Part shown: positions 32,308 to 44,700 of the stretch, piece by piece
Layout: every line of letters starts with the position of its first letter
Numbering within the stretch: position 1 is the stretch's first letter
Source: Trypanosoma brucei
Taxonomy: Eukaryota
Direction: 5' to 3'
Length of the DNA stretch: 64,000 nucleotides
Assembly: GCA_000002445.1 (NCBI GenBank)
Contig: CM000208.1
Span: 1,504,001 to 1,568,000, forward strand
Notes under the pieces: model-generated
Told to the model about the DNA's origin: nothing
Seen by the model: the letters and a program-made list of their open reading frames with translations, nothing else
Database searches by the model: none
Made by a program: the position numbers and the translations under genes

Positions 32308-34455
32308 CTATACCCTACCAGATTCACGCAGTAGCCGAAGGAATGTTGTCGACATGCCACGGCCAACGGGGGCGCTAGAAGGCTTTTTTACAGACGAAAA
32401 GGCGGTGCCCCGCTCCCTTGCAATCATGCCCTCGATCGTGTGGATACCTGCTTTATGCGTTTCTTCGATACACTTACGGCGCCGGTACTCCTGAATCAAC
32501 AGACGCTCAACCTCGTAACGAATCTTTTCATGGTCCACATACGGATCCGCATTCTGCTGCTGTTTGTCCGACTCATCGTCATAAAAACTAACACTCATCA
32601 AGTTAGTCTTCAAGGACCGCTGTTTCCCCCCCGTGCCAACTAGGAGGTCATGCAAGGGGTGATTGGAATCCTCACAGATGCCAGTGTGAAAGGGTCTCCT
32701 GTGGTAACTTCTGGAGCTTTCGGGTCTAGCGAGGGAGAGCCATGCGAAGGAGTGTGATGGGGGCCGCGACAGACACTCTTCAGTCCATGCCACGTATAGG
32801 AGTTTTGACCACTCTTCTCCCATAGCATCTGAGGTGACACTCAGGTGTGAAAGCGGTTTCAGATCCTTTCCCTTCTTAACTTTTCGATAAACTGGGTAAA
32901 GATAATGCAAATTGTCTAACGTGACGTTGGGACCCAAAATAAACGCCTTGGTTTGCTCTCTAGAATTCTGCTTCCTGCGCGAATTCATGAGCACGCGGAA
33001 CTCCTTGAATGTTGAAAGTGAATGAAGAGGTTCCCGCAAAGATAGAGGGCCCTCTCTAACGAAACGCACCTCCACTTTTTCCAATGCTTTCTCTGTGTCT
33101 TGAATACGTGCCCTACACTGAACAGGGGCAGATCCACTAGCTAAATCTGGCCTGGGATCCAACCCAGATTGGCCGGCGCCCATAGATTCGGGGAACGTCA
33201 GGTGGCCCTTCTCCAGGAGAATGGCTGTAACAAAGCAAGCATTTGCACGTCTTCGATATGGTCCTTCAGAAGGGTTTTCGGTATCGGCTAAATTCACCCA
33301 TGCGTAATTCTTCTCCTCCTTTCCCTTGCCACATTCGTCCATGTAGCCAGCCATGGTTAAATTGGTCATACTCTTTAAAATACTTGAGCAGTGGGAAGAG
33401 CGCGTCCACAAGGACAACGAATGCGAGAGCACTTGCCTCTCTTTGGTTCCATCAGTGGGAGCCTCCTCCTGCAGAGTCGCAGGTCCACACCATGATTTCT
33501 CATCAGTGGTGTTGTTAGTGAAAAGATTTTCAGATATGTGAAGCGTTTTCGCTGAAAGGCACGTCTCCAGTACCAACGGATCATTGTAACACAACTGGTG
33601 GCAATTGATCACAAAAAGTAAGCGTCGCCTGACAAGTTCTCGCCTCTCAATACTCTCTTCGTCCATTAAAAGCCGAATCAACTTCCTCTCGCGGGATGTT
33701 TGCATCGGGTTAGTGCGTGTGTTGCACCGTATCCACGCTCTCTCAATAATGCTAACTGCGTGCTTAAACACTTCTTGCTGCTTCCTCCATTTCAGACGCA
33801 AACTTTCAAGTGCGCGAAGGAACGTCATCACCATCACTGCATTGTGCTCTGCAACCCTACCCTCTTCCTTCCCTTTCAGGTCAAGAGACAATGCGTACGC
33901 GGTGCAAGCTTCGACAATAATGCGTTTAGCAATGCGTGTGCGCAACTTCCATAGACGGTGCTCCCAGGTATACCGCTTCTCAATCCGAGAAGCCAATGCG
34001 TCAGGAGAATCTACAAGTCTTCGCAGCAGCGTCACGCGGAACCAACGCTGGAGACGACTCACTGACACCTCCATTGCCACACGATGCAGGCGCGAGTTCG
34101 ATGTGTTTCCACCACTCTTTGATGTTGTCCCACGGCTTCCCGTAGGGTACGTAAGCCGGTCTGCGGTAAAGCAGGAAGTGGGTCTCCTTGATCCTGTACC
34201 CCACACGGAGCTGCGACGCGTTGAAGTATCACTACTAAGCGTCCTCCCCTGCGGACCAGAACGGCTAGTTGCGCTTCCCTGCCGACCGCGCATACTGCCG
34301 CGTTGCTGACTCATCGACCCGGTAGAGATTGTCCGCTCTTTAGATGTAGTCTTCCTGCGCGACTCCTGTGGTAAGCGTTGCGAACTCGTCCCACGCTGCT
34401 GCACGGGCGGTAGCCGTAGTTTTTTTGGTGACCCACCCCCCTTACCCCGATTCAT
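32308..34455 (-). CDS. Hypothetical protein (715 aa) with a basic Ser/Arg/Gly-rich N-terminus and IQ-like motifs
   Basis: Long ORF on the unit strand. Has LQRWFRVTLLRR and IIERAWIRCNTR (IQ-like [IL]QxxxRxxxxR). No other domain recognised. Confidence 0.45.
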   Translation of the reverse strand: MNRGKGGGSPKKLRLPPVQQRGTSSQRLPQESRRKTTSKERTISTGSMSQQRGSMRGRQGSATSRSGPQGRTLSSDTSTRRSSVWGTGSRRPTSCFTADRLTYPTGSRGTTSKSGGNTSNSRLHRVAMEVSVSRLQRWFRVTLLRRLVDSPDALASRIEKRYTWEHRLWKLRTRIAKRIIVEACTAYALSLDLKGKEEGRVAEHNAVMVMTFLRALESLRLKWRKQQEVFKHAVSIIERAWIRCNTRTNPMQTSRERKLIRLLMDEESIERRELVRRRLLFVINCHQLCYNDPLVLETCLSAKTLHISENLFTNNTTDEKSWCGPATLQEEAPTDGTKERQVLSHSLSLWTRSSHCSSILKSMTNLTMAGYMDECGKGKEEKNYAWVNLADTENPSEGPYRRRANACFVTAILLEKGHLTFPESMGAGQSGLDPRPDLASGSAPVQCRARIQDTEKALEKVEVRFVREGPLSLREPLHSLSTFKEFRVLMNSRRKQNSREQTKAFILGPNVTLDNLHYLYPVYRKVKKGKDLKPLSHLSVTSDAMGEEWSKLLYVAWTEECLSRPPSHSFAWLSLARPESSRSYHRRPFHTGICEDSNHPLHDLLVGTGGKQRSLKTNLMSVSFYDDESDKQQQNADPYVDHEKIRYEVERLLIQEYRRRKCIEETHKAGIHTIEGMIARERGTAFSSVKKPSSAPVGRGMSTTFLRLLRESGRV

Positions 34456-34909
34456 TTGGCACCTGCTGCGTACAAGGTATGTTCGCTACACTGATTGCTT
34501 TTCTTCTTTGAAATATATATATATATATTATGCGCTCTGAGAGCGTTGAAGCAAAAGCGACTTAGCTTTGAGGCGGTGGCTGCGCACAGACACAGCGCGA
34601 CAGCCTCCATTTAAAGGGGAGATGAGAAAGGTAGCAATACGTAAAAGCAACTCCGGAAGCAAACAACAATGAGGCAGTGGGGACCAAAGTACATAATAAT
34701 GATAATTAGTTAGAGTGTGGAGTAATTGTAATGTGAAGAAGGCCTCAAGTCTTAGTTCTTCTCCTTCGCCATATATGTTTTTTTTTCCAAAAGCAACATT
34801 AGCGAAAGAACCGCTATGACGCCATTTCCTTGCCAACCCGTGTCCGTGTGAGAAACAGACAAGCTCTGCTGCGGCGTCTTTCTTACGTCCTCGGAAAGAC
34901 GCCACAAAA

Positions 34910-35650
34910 CTACAACTCGAACTTCTCGTCACCGTAACTCCCCATGGAATACAAGGGTGCGGCAAATGGCTCGTAGTCTGAGTAACACTGTTTGAAGATG
35001 CGCTCTACGGCGCGCTCCGAGAAACCACGGCATAATGGGTTTTTTTCCACAGCTGTAATAGCACGACGACGAACACACTGTATACCACCACTCAGGAGAT
35101 CAAACCGCCCGCGACGCATCTCCTCCCCGACAAAACAGTCACCACTCAGCCTGGCAGCGCGTACTTCACTGCATGCCTGGTGCATACAATCCGAGGCTTC
35201 AATAATGCCTCGCGCGTCGTCAAAGGCATGGATCAGCTCGTGTCTGAGATTCCGCTCAACTGCAGTGCAAGTTTTCGCCCCGGGTACAATGCTGTCGTTC
35301 TCAGTTGCCTTATCCAGCACAACATGTTGCTCGATAAGTAAAATGTCCCCCTTTTCGCAATCCCTGCGTGCCCGACGCCACATGTACCCTGCCGCTGAGG
35401 TGCCATCTGCCATGGTGTTGCTGCCACCAGCCCAAGATGCATTGGCAACACCGCCGCTGTCGAGTTGGGGAACGCACTTTATTCGCTCACGACGGAATGG
35501 GGTGTTGCTAATTTCTTCTATGCTTTTGATCAGATACTGCACGGTATTAACATTTGCAAGGACCTCATCTACAGCAGCCTCACATATTTCGTGGATGGAG
35601 GGCTGCTTTCTGCTTAAGTTCCCTACACCATCAGGTTCCACAGAGGCCAT
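34910..35650 (-). CDS. ATP23: Atp23-like mitochondrial inner-membrane metalloprotease (peptidase M76, HExxH), 247 aa from MASVEPDG
   Basis: HELIHAFDDARG matches the M76/Atp23 zinc-binding motif HE(M/L)IHA(F/Y)D. Conserved Cys pattern downstream (…DCMHQACSEVRAARLSGDCF…C…C). The track ORF start at 35824 adds 58 codons of pyrimidine-tract-like sequence. The internal ATG at 35650 is preferred. Confidence 0.6.
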   Translation of the reverse strand: MASVEPDGVGNLSRKQPSIHEICEAAVDEVLANVNTVQYLIKSIEEISNTPFRRERIKCVPQLDSGGVANASWAGGSNTMADGTSAAGYMWRRARRDCEKGDILLIEQHVVLDKATENDSIVPGAKTCTAVERNLRHELIHAFDDARGIIEASDCMHQACSEVRAARLSGDCFVGEEMRRGRFDLLSGGIQCVRRRAITAVEKNPLCRGFSERAVERIFKQCYSDYEPFAAPLYSMGSYGDEKFEL

Positions 35651-36230
35651 CAACAGCGACACCTGCAGTGTCCCGGTGAAGGTGACAACAACCGCAAAGA
35701 AACGGTTGGAAGAAGTGACAAAAACTAAAAAAGAAAAAAGTGAACTGTGACGAGGAGACAATACATACACAAACGCATACAAAATAAGCTTGTAAGCAGA
35801 ACAGAGGATGCTTTGCGACGCCAAACTGTGCCACCTCTGTACACAGTTTCCGCTTCTTTGTACGCGAGTAAATGAGCGCCGACAGCAACAACATTGTTAC
35901 AAAAAGTAACGACAACAACAACAGTAATGATAGTAAGAGTCCTATCTACCCGTAATTCCTCAAAGGTAAATATACTCGTCGCATTTGAAATACAAACACG
36001 AGTGAGCATATATAAATATATTCTTCTTTTTATATTTATGTGTGAGCGTGTAGGCGCGTATAAAAGGGACAGGAAAGGAAGTTGACCTTCGTCCTTACTT
36101 CTAAGCAGTGGAAAGAACACCGGTCACGTTAAATATATATAAATGCAACAGTTACTAAACCTCTTCTTTCTCCCTTTTTTCATTTACCTTTTTCTCATTT
36201 TTTTTTGATGTATTACATCACTCCTTGAAC

Positions 36231-36254
36231 ATATATATATATATATATATATAT
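36231..36254. repeat. (AT)n microsatellite
   Basis: atatatatatatatatatatatat in the spacer between the Atp23-like gene and the next hypothetical. Confidence 0.9.
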
Positions 36255-36915
36255 GAAGATGTGTATATATTTCTCAAAAAAGAAAAAAAGGAGAATCATA
36301 AGTAAGGGGTGTGTAAACTCCACTACCTCATAGAGGCTTCATGAAAGCGCCGCGCGCGCATCGCACATTGTTTTCTTCATAAATCTTCCTCTTCTTCTAA
36401 CGATTAGTCCCTCAACTACCTTCCCTTCTTCACGTTTTACATCATCATCATCATCATCATTCTCTGTTCTCCCTTCTTGTCTTCTTTGCCCACCTTCAAG
36501 TCTCCAACGTGATGACAATCATCAAAATAAATAAATAGAGAAGTCAAAACATATAACATTTTCTTCTCCCTTAACCCGAATTCCACTTGCCTCTTATTTT
36601 ATTATAGGAACCCTTATAAAGACAGACAAACACACTCATTTATTCACTCAATTCTAACGCATAACTCTCACATGTATATATGCGTGTGAACTAACTATTC
36701 GTCACCACTTAAAAACTAAACGCCTAAAAAAAAAAAAGATGATGCTACTACCCAAAATTGCTAAAAAGGGCACCACAAGTCATTTTCCTAATAACTATGG
36801 CACCACTATAATACGAATAAAAAAAATAGGGAGCGGAGGGAGGGGGTCATGACTGTGTGTGCTGACATTTCTAGCATGTTGTCACACGATGACATACACC
36901 CACACACGCATACAT

Positions 36916-36970
36916 CTATATATATATATATATATATATATGTGGGTGGGTGTGTGTGTGGGTGTGTGTA
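36916..36970. repeat. Compound (TA)n(TG)n microsatellite
   Basis: ctatatatatatatatatatatatatatgtgggtgggtgtgtgtgtgggtgtgtgtatg. Confidence 0.9.
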
Positions 36971-37824
36971 TGTTTCTTTACTTTCACAAGAAGCGTTACA
37001 TCCCACAACATCACGAAAACTCAAAACTAATAAATCTCTCCTTGCGGTTCAACACAATATCACACAAATGCAGCGAAATAATTCTGCGATGCATCATTGT
37101 CGGTAAGGGTGCAGCACACAAAATGTTCATATGCGTCTCCTCCTCCTCATTCCCCCATTAGGTGAAGTAAATGGAATAAACGTGCAGCAGCGTTCAGGCA
37201 AAGAAAATAGTGAAGAGAAAAGGAGAGGGGAAAAAAAAGGAATAGCAGCGACTCGCTAATCCATCCACACGCCCGTGCCCCTTTTAGGTCTTAATCTCAT
37301 GGAACCTACACTTCTCACTCGTGTATGCACATGTGCGTATGGCAATTCTTTTTTTTTCTTTTTACCTCGTGTTCAAATATGTTATTCTATTGAACTTTGA
37401 GACTGCTACGAGCACCAACTCACGAAAGGAGAAATACTGCAATAATCCTCACCCAGTTATCCACCTTTTGTTCATGTTTTATTTCTTCACTACACATATT
37501 CCATTCAAACCACTCATTTATTCTTAAATTTATTGTTCTTCCTTTACCCAATGAGTTACGCTTACACCCTCGTGTGCCCAACTACTTCACCGCATACAAA
37601 ACAAACAAACACGAAGGAATGTACTAAAAATATCCAATCTGCTACAATAAAAAAAGAAAGAAACAGTGGCGACCGTGTACTTATATGATACCACCACACC
37701 TGAAAATGGTTAAGGTAAACAAAAAAATGATCTTTCACTATTCTTTGGAAATGCAAACAAAACTTATGATTGTCTCTGATGATGATGAAGAAGAAGAGAA
37801 ACAGAGGGGGAAATATGCGCGACA

Positions 37825-39174
37825 TTACCGGTACGAGTAACTACGTAACCACTGTGGTGAGAATGTCCCTTCACCCCCAGTGGCGGAGTCCTGAACAGAA
37901 TCTCCATTATTTCCTAATGTAAAGGAAACAGAGACACCATCAGTGGCAGAACTGTCATTCCCAGCGACGGCAAGTTGATGAAGCAATCCAGCGAATATTT
38001 GCGCGGGATCCTCCTCGTTTTGCCCCTCCTGCGGGGCGTTCTGCAAACTACTCGGGTCACGGAATACCGCAGTCTTGTGGTCAAGAAGGTCTGACGAATC
38101 GCTTTGGCTGGTCATCGTATACTTTGGAGATCTATCACGCTCATCCACTACATTGTTGATCTCATTAAGTAATGGAAGAGGTATCATATCACGTTCACTC
38201 AACTCCGCTTCCTGACGTCTGCCACCTCGGTGCTGCCTTAACTTAGCATCATCTAATACACCCTTCTCCATGAAATAATGCGGAACCCGCAATGCGGAGA
38301 ATAGCTTAGGACAACACTCACGAAAAACCGCGCCAAGTAATCCCCTCAATTCACGAAAGCCCCGCTCCCCAGGCGCCGCCAAGTCGTCCCCAAGCGTCGG
38401 TGTCCAATCAACAGGGTATGGCGCCTGCAACGAATTCATGGTAGAAGAGTCATCGATGGAAGGAGATGACAGTTGAGTCTCCCGTACGGCTACTGAGCCC
38501 CCTTTGGTAGCGTTTTCTTTTAAGCTACAGCCGCTGCTCATATCCTCCATGCCAACTGCTGGTGGTCCCATCCCATGCGTGTCTCTGCGCGATGCCGCTG
38601 CACCCCCTGTCGCTACATGCATTCTGCCAAAAAATGCCCGCGGCCACAGAAAATCGATGGGAAGGGGACATGAAATGTCCACAGGCACCGCCGCGCACCT
38701 TTCTGTTGACTGAAAAGAACTCTTGCTTGTACTGCCCACGGCAAGAGGAGGAAAAGCGACAGCTGCCGGATCTGCAAGTGTAAAAGTGCTGTTGCTGCCA
38801 CTTACCGCGTCTTTGTGCGACCGTTCGCAAGTTGATGTACCTTGCTGGGGCGTACTCCCCCCAACGTCGTTGCTTTGCGCGGAACTTCTTGAAAGGATGG
38901 CGCGCTGGTACGAAGTTTGAGAGACAATATTTAACCAATCACCGCCTCCAGCGATTTCCACGCCGCCGGTGGCTGCTCTCTCAGGTGGCCCATTTTTCCT
39001 TTGCTTGGAAGTACCGCAGCCGCTTCGCATTAGGGGGTAACCATTGTAAGGACCACCGTTGTTCATGGATGATGATGGCCCGCGCTTCCTAAAACTGTTG
39101 GTAGACCTCTGGAAGAACAATTCTTCGAAATGATTTGTTTTCTCTCTTGAACTCTGCTTTTCTCCGCTTATCAA
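37825..39174 (-). CDS. Hypothetical protein (449 aa), Ser/Gly/Pro-rich, likely largely disordered
   Basis: ORF on the unit strand, flanked by typical spacers. No recognisable domain from sequence alone. Confidence 0.4.
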   Translation of the reverse strand: MISGEKQSSREKTNHFEELFFQRSTNSFRKRGPSSSMNNGGPYNGYPLMRSGCGTSKQRKNGPPERAATGGVEIAGGGDWLNIVSQTSYQRAILSRSSAQSNDVGGSTPQQGTSTCERSHKDAVSGSNSTFTLADPAAVAFPPLAVGSTSKSSFQSTERCAAVPVDISCPLPIDFLWPRAFFGRMHVATGGAAASRRDTHGMGPPAVGMEDMSSGCSLKENATKGGSVAVRETQLSSPSIDDSSTMNSLQAPYPVDWTPTLGDDLAAPGERGFRELRGLLGAVFRECCPKLFSALRVPHYFMEKGVLDDAKLRQHRGGRRQEAELSERDMIPLPLLNEINNVVDERDRSPKYTMTSQSDSSDLLDHKTAVFRDPSSLQNAPQEGQNEEDPAQIFAGLLHQLAVAGNDSSATDGVSVSFTLGNNGDSVQDSATGGEGTFSPQWLRSYSYR

Positions 39175-39755
39175 CTAAGTAATGATAAGCGACTTCTTTA
39201 AAAAAAAAAAAAAGAGGCACAGCGGGCAGCAAAAAAAGCGAAGGTATTAAGATGTTTGTTCACTTGGACAGTTACGTTGTCACGGATTTATTGCATCGTT
39301 GCCTGTGGTGGTGCCGTCTTCTTCTCCCTCTCCTCCTGTTATGTCCTCCTGTTGTATTTGACGGTATCGTATATTCCATCCTTCCCCCTTCCCACACATA
39401 AACTTTTTCTTTTTCCAACATGCAACATCAATACGAAACAGAATGAAACACACGTGAATAAAAGCGCAGAAGCGATATCCACAACATAGCATGAAGCGCT
39501 TGTGCTCGTACTGAGATAAAAGCGCACTTAACAACAAAGTGCATGGAAGAAGAACAAGACTAAGCAAACCTATTCACACGCACAGAGAGTGACATATGCA
39601 CACATACGGAAAGTACAAATAGAACTCTTCGCTGAATGTGCCCACAAATGCAAAAAAAAATGAGGGTAAATATGGAGGTAAAGGCTATGTAAATAAATAA
39701 ACCGAGAACCGAATTTTATGTACGCGTGTGCACATTGTAACCCTCGATAGACCTT

Positions 39756-40742
39756 TCACTGAAGCATGCCTGCGTTGGCCCATTCGACTGCAGCCGCACT
39801 ATTAGTTGGTTTTGCCTCATCCCACGGTCCATTGATTTGATCTTTCATGCTGCCATGCAATTTGACGAAGAAGAATGGAATGACAACAGATATTACCACC
39901 ACCACTACACAGTACAGAAGGGCAAATACCGGAACCTCCATCAAGAAGTAGATGGCAAGCGCACATATAGTGAATGTTAACACAACATGTGCCCTTAGGG
40001 AGACATGTTTGAGGTTATGTCTGGGAATAGGAGACAAAGTGAAGCATAGAATTCCAAACATAATGAGTGCACCGCTCTGAAACACCCTCTGAATGCGTGA
40101 GGCAATAAGTATTATGCCGAATGTGGCTGCATTCACCGCAGTGTTCTGCTGATACCTCTCCGAATAGCAGTTGAGGTAATTATAATCCGTCAGAAGCACA
40201 TGCACGAACATTGACAAGGAACTAAGTGTCACAATGGTGTCATTGCTATACGCCACAGTCAAGGTTTGTAGGACGGGTGACAGAAGAATAAGGACCCCCA
40301 CCAGTGGAATGCCTTGCCTACACAACCCCATCAAGTAATGCGTAAACGGTGTGGGAATCTCACCGCGATCAACAGCCTGCTGCCGCTGCACCACAATACA
40401 AAACACAAACGCCAACGTGAATAGTGTAGCATTCACCCACATGAGCGCGCACTCATCCACCCTCCCGGAAAGCATCATAGAAAATACAAAGAGATAGAAC
40501 ACAACAAACGAAAATTGCTGAATAACAACAAATGTGTCCAACACCACCTTGTTATACTCATAGGTGGCAACATTCACATTCTGCCGTAGGTCCTGAAGGA
40601 ACTGCTGAGGATCCACATAGTTGTCTTCATACGGCTGACGCGTGTACAACACTTTGCGCCAAACGCGCCCCTCATCACGCACTGTCGCTGTTTCAGTTGA
40701 CACGCTCCCAATAGTACCACGTGGCTGTGCTGCCTCTCCCAT
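39756..40742 (-). CDS. GPI2: GPI-GlcNAc transferase complex subunit PIG-C / GPI2 (328 aa from MGEAAQPRG; track ORF starts at 40823)
   Basis: WRKVLYTRQPYEDNYVDPQQFLQDLRQNV matches human PIG-C [28 protein letters not shown]. C-terminal QINGPWDEAK matches NIHGPWDEAE. Multi-pass hydrophobic profile consistent with PIG-C. Confidence 0.8.
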   Translation of the reverse strand: MGEAAQPRGTIGSVSTETATVRDEGRVWRKVLYTRQPYEDNYVDPQQFLQDLRQNVNVATYEYNKVVLDTFVVIQQFSFVVFYLFVFSMMLSGRVDECALMWVNATLFTLAFVFCIVVQRQQAVDRGEIPTPFTHYLMGLCRQGIPLVGVLILLSPVLQTLTVAYSNDTIVTLSSLSMFVHVLLTDYNYLNCYSERYQQNTAVNAATFGIILIASRIQRVFQSGALIMFGILCFTLSPIPRHNLKHVSLRAHVVLTFTICALAIYFLMEVPVFALLYCVVVVVISVVIPFFFVKLHGSMKDQINGPWDEAKPTNSAAAVEWANAGMLQ

Positions 40743-41796
40743 CGCTGACGTTTCTCGCAACGAAGCCGGCTGACAATTGCGCATCCAAATAGAGGGCAAC
40801 AGAAACAACAGTAACAACGGCAACGGCTATGGCAACAGCAATGGCGCCAAAGAACTTAGTAAGCAAATGGTATAATAAATAATTATAAGTTAACAATTCT
40901 ACATGCGCTGAAACGAACTAAAGTGAGCGGTTGAAGAATGAAGAAATCATGGGAAAGGTAGACACACATCCGCAAAAACAGAGACATTAAGGAGGAAGCC
41001 AGCGCAGAAGCGCAACATCACGCATTTTCAAGCGCAGTGCCTACTTATTTTTAAAAAAGAAGTGTAAAAAGTTTTCAAGTGAAAGCCACTGCACCCCATT
41101 ACCCGCCTCACTTCCTACCTTTCTACATTTCTTTGTAAATATGTGCCCCACTAAACCATATACATATTGATATGCACAACACTTCTGCGATCCCTCGCGC
41201 ACGGTGGTCGAGTGGAGGGTCATCAACCAATCGGTGACGACACACTCAGGGAAGGGGGTGAAAGGCAATAAAATACAGTGGAAATAATAAGCAAACACAA
41301 CCACACGATCCGAGCAAACCTGCGAGACTTCCCCTCAACCGCACTAACTTCTCGCATTACTTGGGTAACTCCCTTTTTGATTATACTTTGTTCTGGGATC
41401 GTAACCCCTCTTATTGCTACAGCGGCAACAGCAGCAGCAAACATATATCTGTAATTTCTTCGACGTGTAGGAAATAACCCCGTTGTCCCACACAAACACA
41501 CACACACACACCTCGCACCAGCTTCGATGTTCTTCAGTTTGCAACATTTAAACAACGACACTGCAAGTTAAGTAGCGTTCTGAAACATCGAAAGAGATTC
41601 ACAACGCAACCGACACACACATCACCCATATGAGACAAAACATGCAAAGGAAATATATAAAAAGCACCAACCTGGTATGAGGCCAACGTGAGCCACCACA
41701 AAAAAGAAAAAGGCAACCACACAATGCGACAGCGGGGAAGTGAAGGATAAAACACCAACACACACATATAAGCAATTGTTTCTTCGCTTTTTGACA

Positions 41797-44700
41797 TTAC
41801 GGTGGTGCATCCACTTTCGACCCCAAGCAGAGAAGTGATAAATATCCATGAGTCGAACCACACACCACTGCCTGGGGATTGCTGGAGTGGCACGCACAGG
41901 AAGAAATGGTATCACCGGTAGCGGGTAATGGGCACTGTACTGACTTCAAAACGTTAAGGTGAAATGCGTGCATAAAGTGAAGAATACCACGGGAATCCTC
42001 CGATGCACTGGTGTTTGTTAGCGGAGCCGTCGAAACAAGAACAGTCTGTTTAGGTGTAGTGCACCACCCGGTAATACGACCGGGGGCGGATACAGAGCGG
42101 AGCAAAACACCATTGATGCTTATCTGATGAATCACGTTATCAATTGTGGACGTAAAAAGAATATTCGGTAAATAGCAATTCGGTTGGATAAGCACACGGT
42201 CGATAGGGAGCTTTGCGGGATGGCGCAGACTGCGCTCCAAACGATTATTCGCCAAGCTATGAAGCATAAGCATGCCATCCCGACTTGCAGTAGCGACAAC
42301 GTCGAGGATGGGGCACACACTTACTGCAGTGGGGTCGTCCTCATGACCGTATACTGTAAACATCAAATCCACGCGCAGCTTCAAGCGGTTGCGCTGGAAG
42401 TGGCAACTCCACACAATAAAAGTCGTGTCCTCCGCACCGCTCACAAGGTATCTGCTGTCCGCACTCGCCGCAACAAGTACCACGCGGCCACAGTGGGCGT
42501 GTAGCCGCTCCTCCTGGAAAGCTGGGGTCGTTAAAAAGTTACGAATGACTATTGTGTTATCAAAAACGCCCCCGAGCGCTACAAACACTTCATTGTCAAG
42601 GAGCAAAACAGCCACATTCCCCGTCTCACAGGGACCACCAGCCTTCTGACCAATGTTCGGTATCATGCCGGGTGGAAGCGGTGGAATTCGCCGCTCAAAA
42701 TCTTCGGCCACGTCGACGATCGGCCGTCGGAAGCCACTGCCGTCCACCGAGCCCTGTGGCACGGGTGCCGCCGGCGCTCCTGAAACGATTCCAAGTAAAT
42801 ATGAGGATGTGTGAGCAACGGCAGCCGCCACAGAAGGGGCAGGGGTCTGATTACTAAAATGGCTTTTAACGTTGCCATCGGCGACAGGACCAACCCTAGG
42901 CGTCGTCAACGTCGGAGTTACCGCGGGGCTCGGCAGTTGCTGCATACGCCTCATCACTGGCGAAACACTAATTCGGTAGAGCAGTGCGGCACCGTTCCCA
43001 CACACCACGAGCACCCGATCATTGTCAAGCACCACCACGCGCGCCACGCGCGTGCACAAGTGGCGAATGTCAACTGCCCTCATGCCAAGCACGCAACTGA
43101 TAGGGTCAGCATATTCCATGGCACGCCGCTCAACATGAGGGCGGGTGAAAAGTTGAATGGGTGTCTGGCCAATGTTATCGAGCGAGTCGATCAGCAGCCG
43201 CTCATCTACATCATCTGTTTGACTCCTGTCTAGATCTTCGTAAGAATGCCAATTAAAGACATTAAGTGCTGCGATGGCCTCCTTGCCCCTTTGTTTGTAT
43301 CCAAATATCAAATCGATCCAATGGTGTAAGTTCAGTGAAACGTAATCACTCTCAAGGGCTTCCCTCATGCGGTAAACAAACTCGTAGGGATCACCATGGG
43401 CCCACGGTGGCAACTCCAGTGAATCTGTGGGTCGGCCGTCTTGTCTGCACCCAAACCGGATTCCATTTGTATTTACACACATTTCGGGCAGGTAGAACAA
43501 CTCTGGAATGAGCTCGCGGACATCCTGCGAGTTCGTCAGCACCCCATTCCAACATGACGCCAAGGAGTGAAACATTCGGTCGGCACAATCAAAGTGCCCA
43601 TCTTGCAGGATAACCTGCAGCGTTGTGAACGGCTCGACGCGGATCATGTAATACAGGACAACTGCTGGAGAGCTGTAATGTGTGAAGTAATGGGCAGGCA
43701 CGTCACCAGTTTGTCGCATTTCTTCATACCGTGTTTCCACGTACTCGCGACTCTGAGGTCCATTGCAAATCCCTATGGGCAACGACAAGTCACGAAACGT
43801 GGAGGATTTCTCCAAATCAAGTCGGTCACTCTTGTAGTCGGCAATCACCCAGGGGAATACGGGGTACTGCGTAAGATCATTCACCGTCCGGCCACCAAAG
43901 AAATTCAACCAGAGAAGGTATTCAAAGTTAGATATCTTGTGTTCGCGCCACTGATTCGTGCGACACATAAGGAGTGGCTCCTTACGTGGGGTCTCATGAA
44001 ACAGGTAGAACGGGTGGTAGGGCACCTTGTGTCGCTCCACCGACATTCTTATGCGGTTTACAGCTGTCCGCATTTCCTTCACGGAAGCAAAATTCAGCAG
44101 CACACTGCGACCATCGCGGAACCACATTTCTACTGCACTACGCCTCATTCGAAACCGCCTCCCTGGCGCAAGCTGAGCGATATGACCAGTGGGATAGATA
44201 ATGTCCCGCGGCTTTACAACTAGCGACGATGCTTCATCAGCAACACGTTGGTTGTATGCTTTATTCTCGTCGTCAAAGAATACGCAAAGCTCACAGTCAC
44301 GAATAATTAGCATGGCACTCCAGCAGTGCATCATAGAAGGCACCTCACATGAAGAGGAGAAGTGCACGATAGGCTTTGGAGTCTGCGCCGTATTGGTCCC
44401 CGTGATGCTGTTCGTATCTTCGTGGCTAACTTGTTTGTCGAGGATTTCATCGCAGTCCACAGAGCTATCAGACGTAAGCAACATCTGTTCACCGCCTCGT
44501 GCACGAGGTAACTGTTTCCCAAAGACCTTGGTGTCACTTACGGGTGCCCCGGCTGCGGTGATGTTGGCGTGATCAGTTCCACAAGGATCAAACTCAAATT
44601 TCCTCCGTATCAGCAATTTCTGTTCGACATCCTGCAAACGCACATACTTCATGTTCCGCTGCTCCCCAGGCCCAACATCCCAAATAGTACCTCTGCAGCG

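Noticed and set aside
33605-35750. Long plus-strand ORFs 33605..34309 (234 aa) and 34992..35750 (252 aa)
   Set aside because: Antisense to the 715-aa hypothetical and the Atp23-like gene respectively. No motifs. Open frames of this length opposite GC-rich genes are common.
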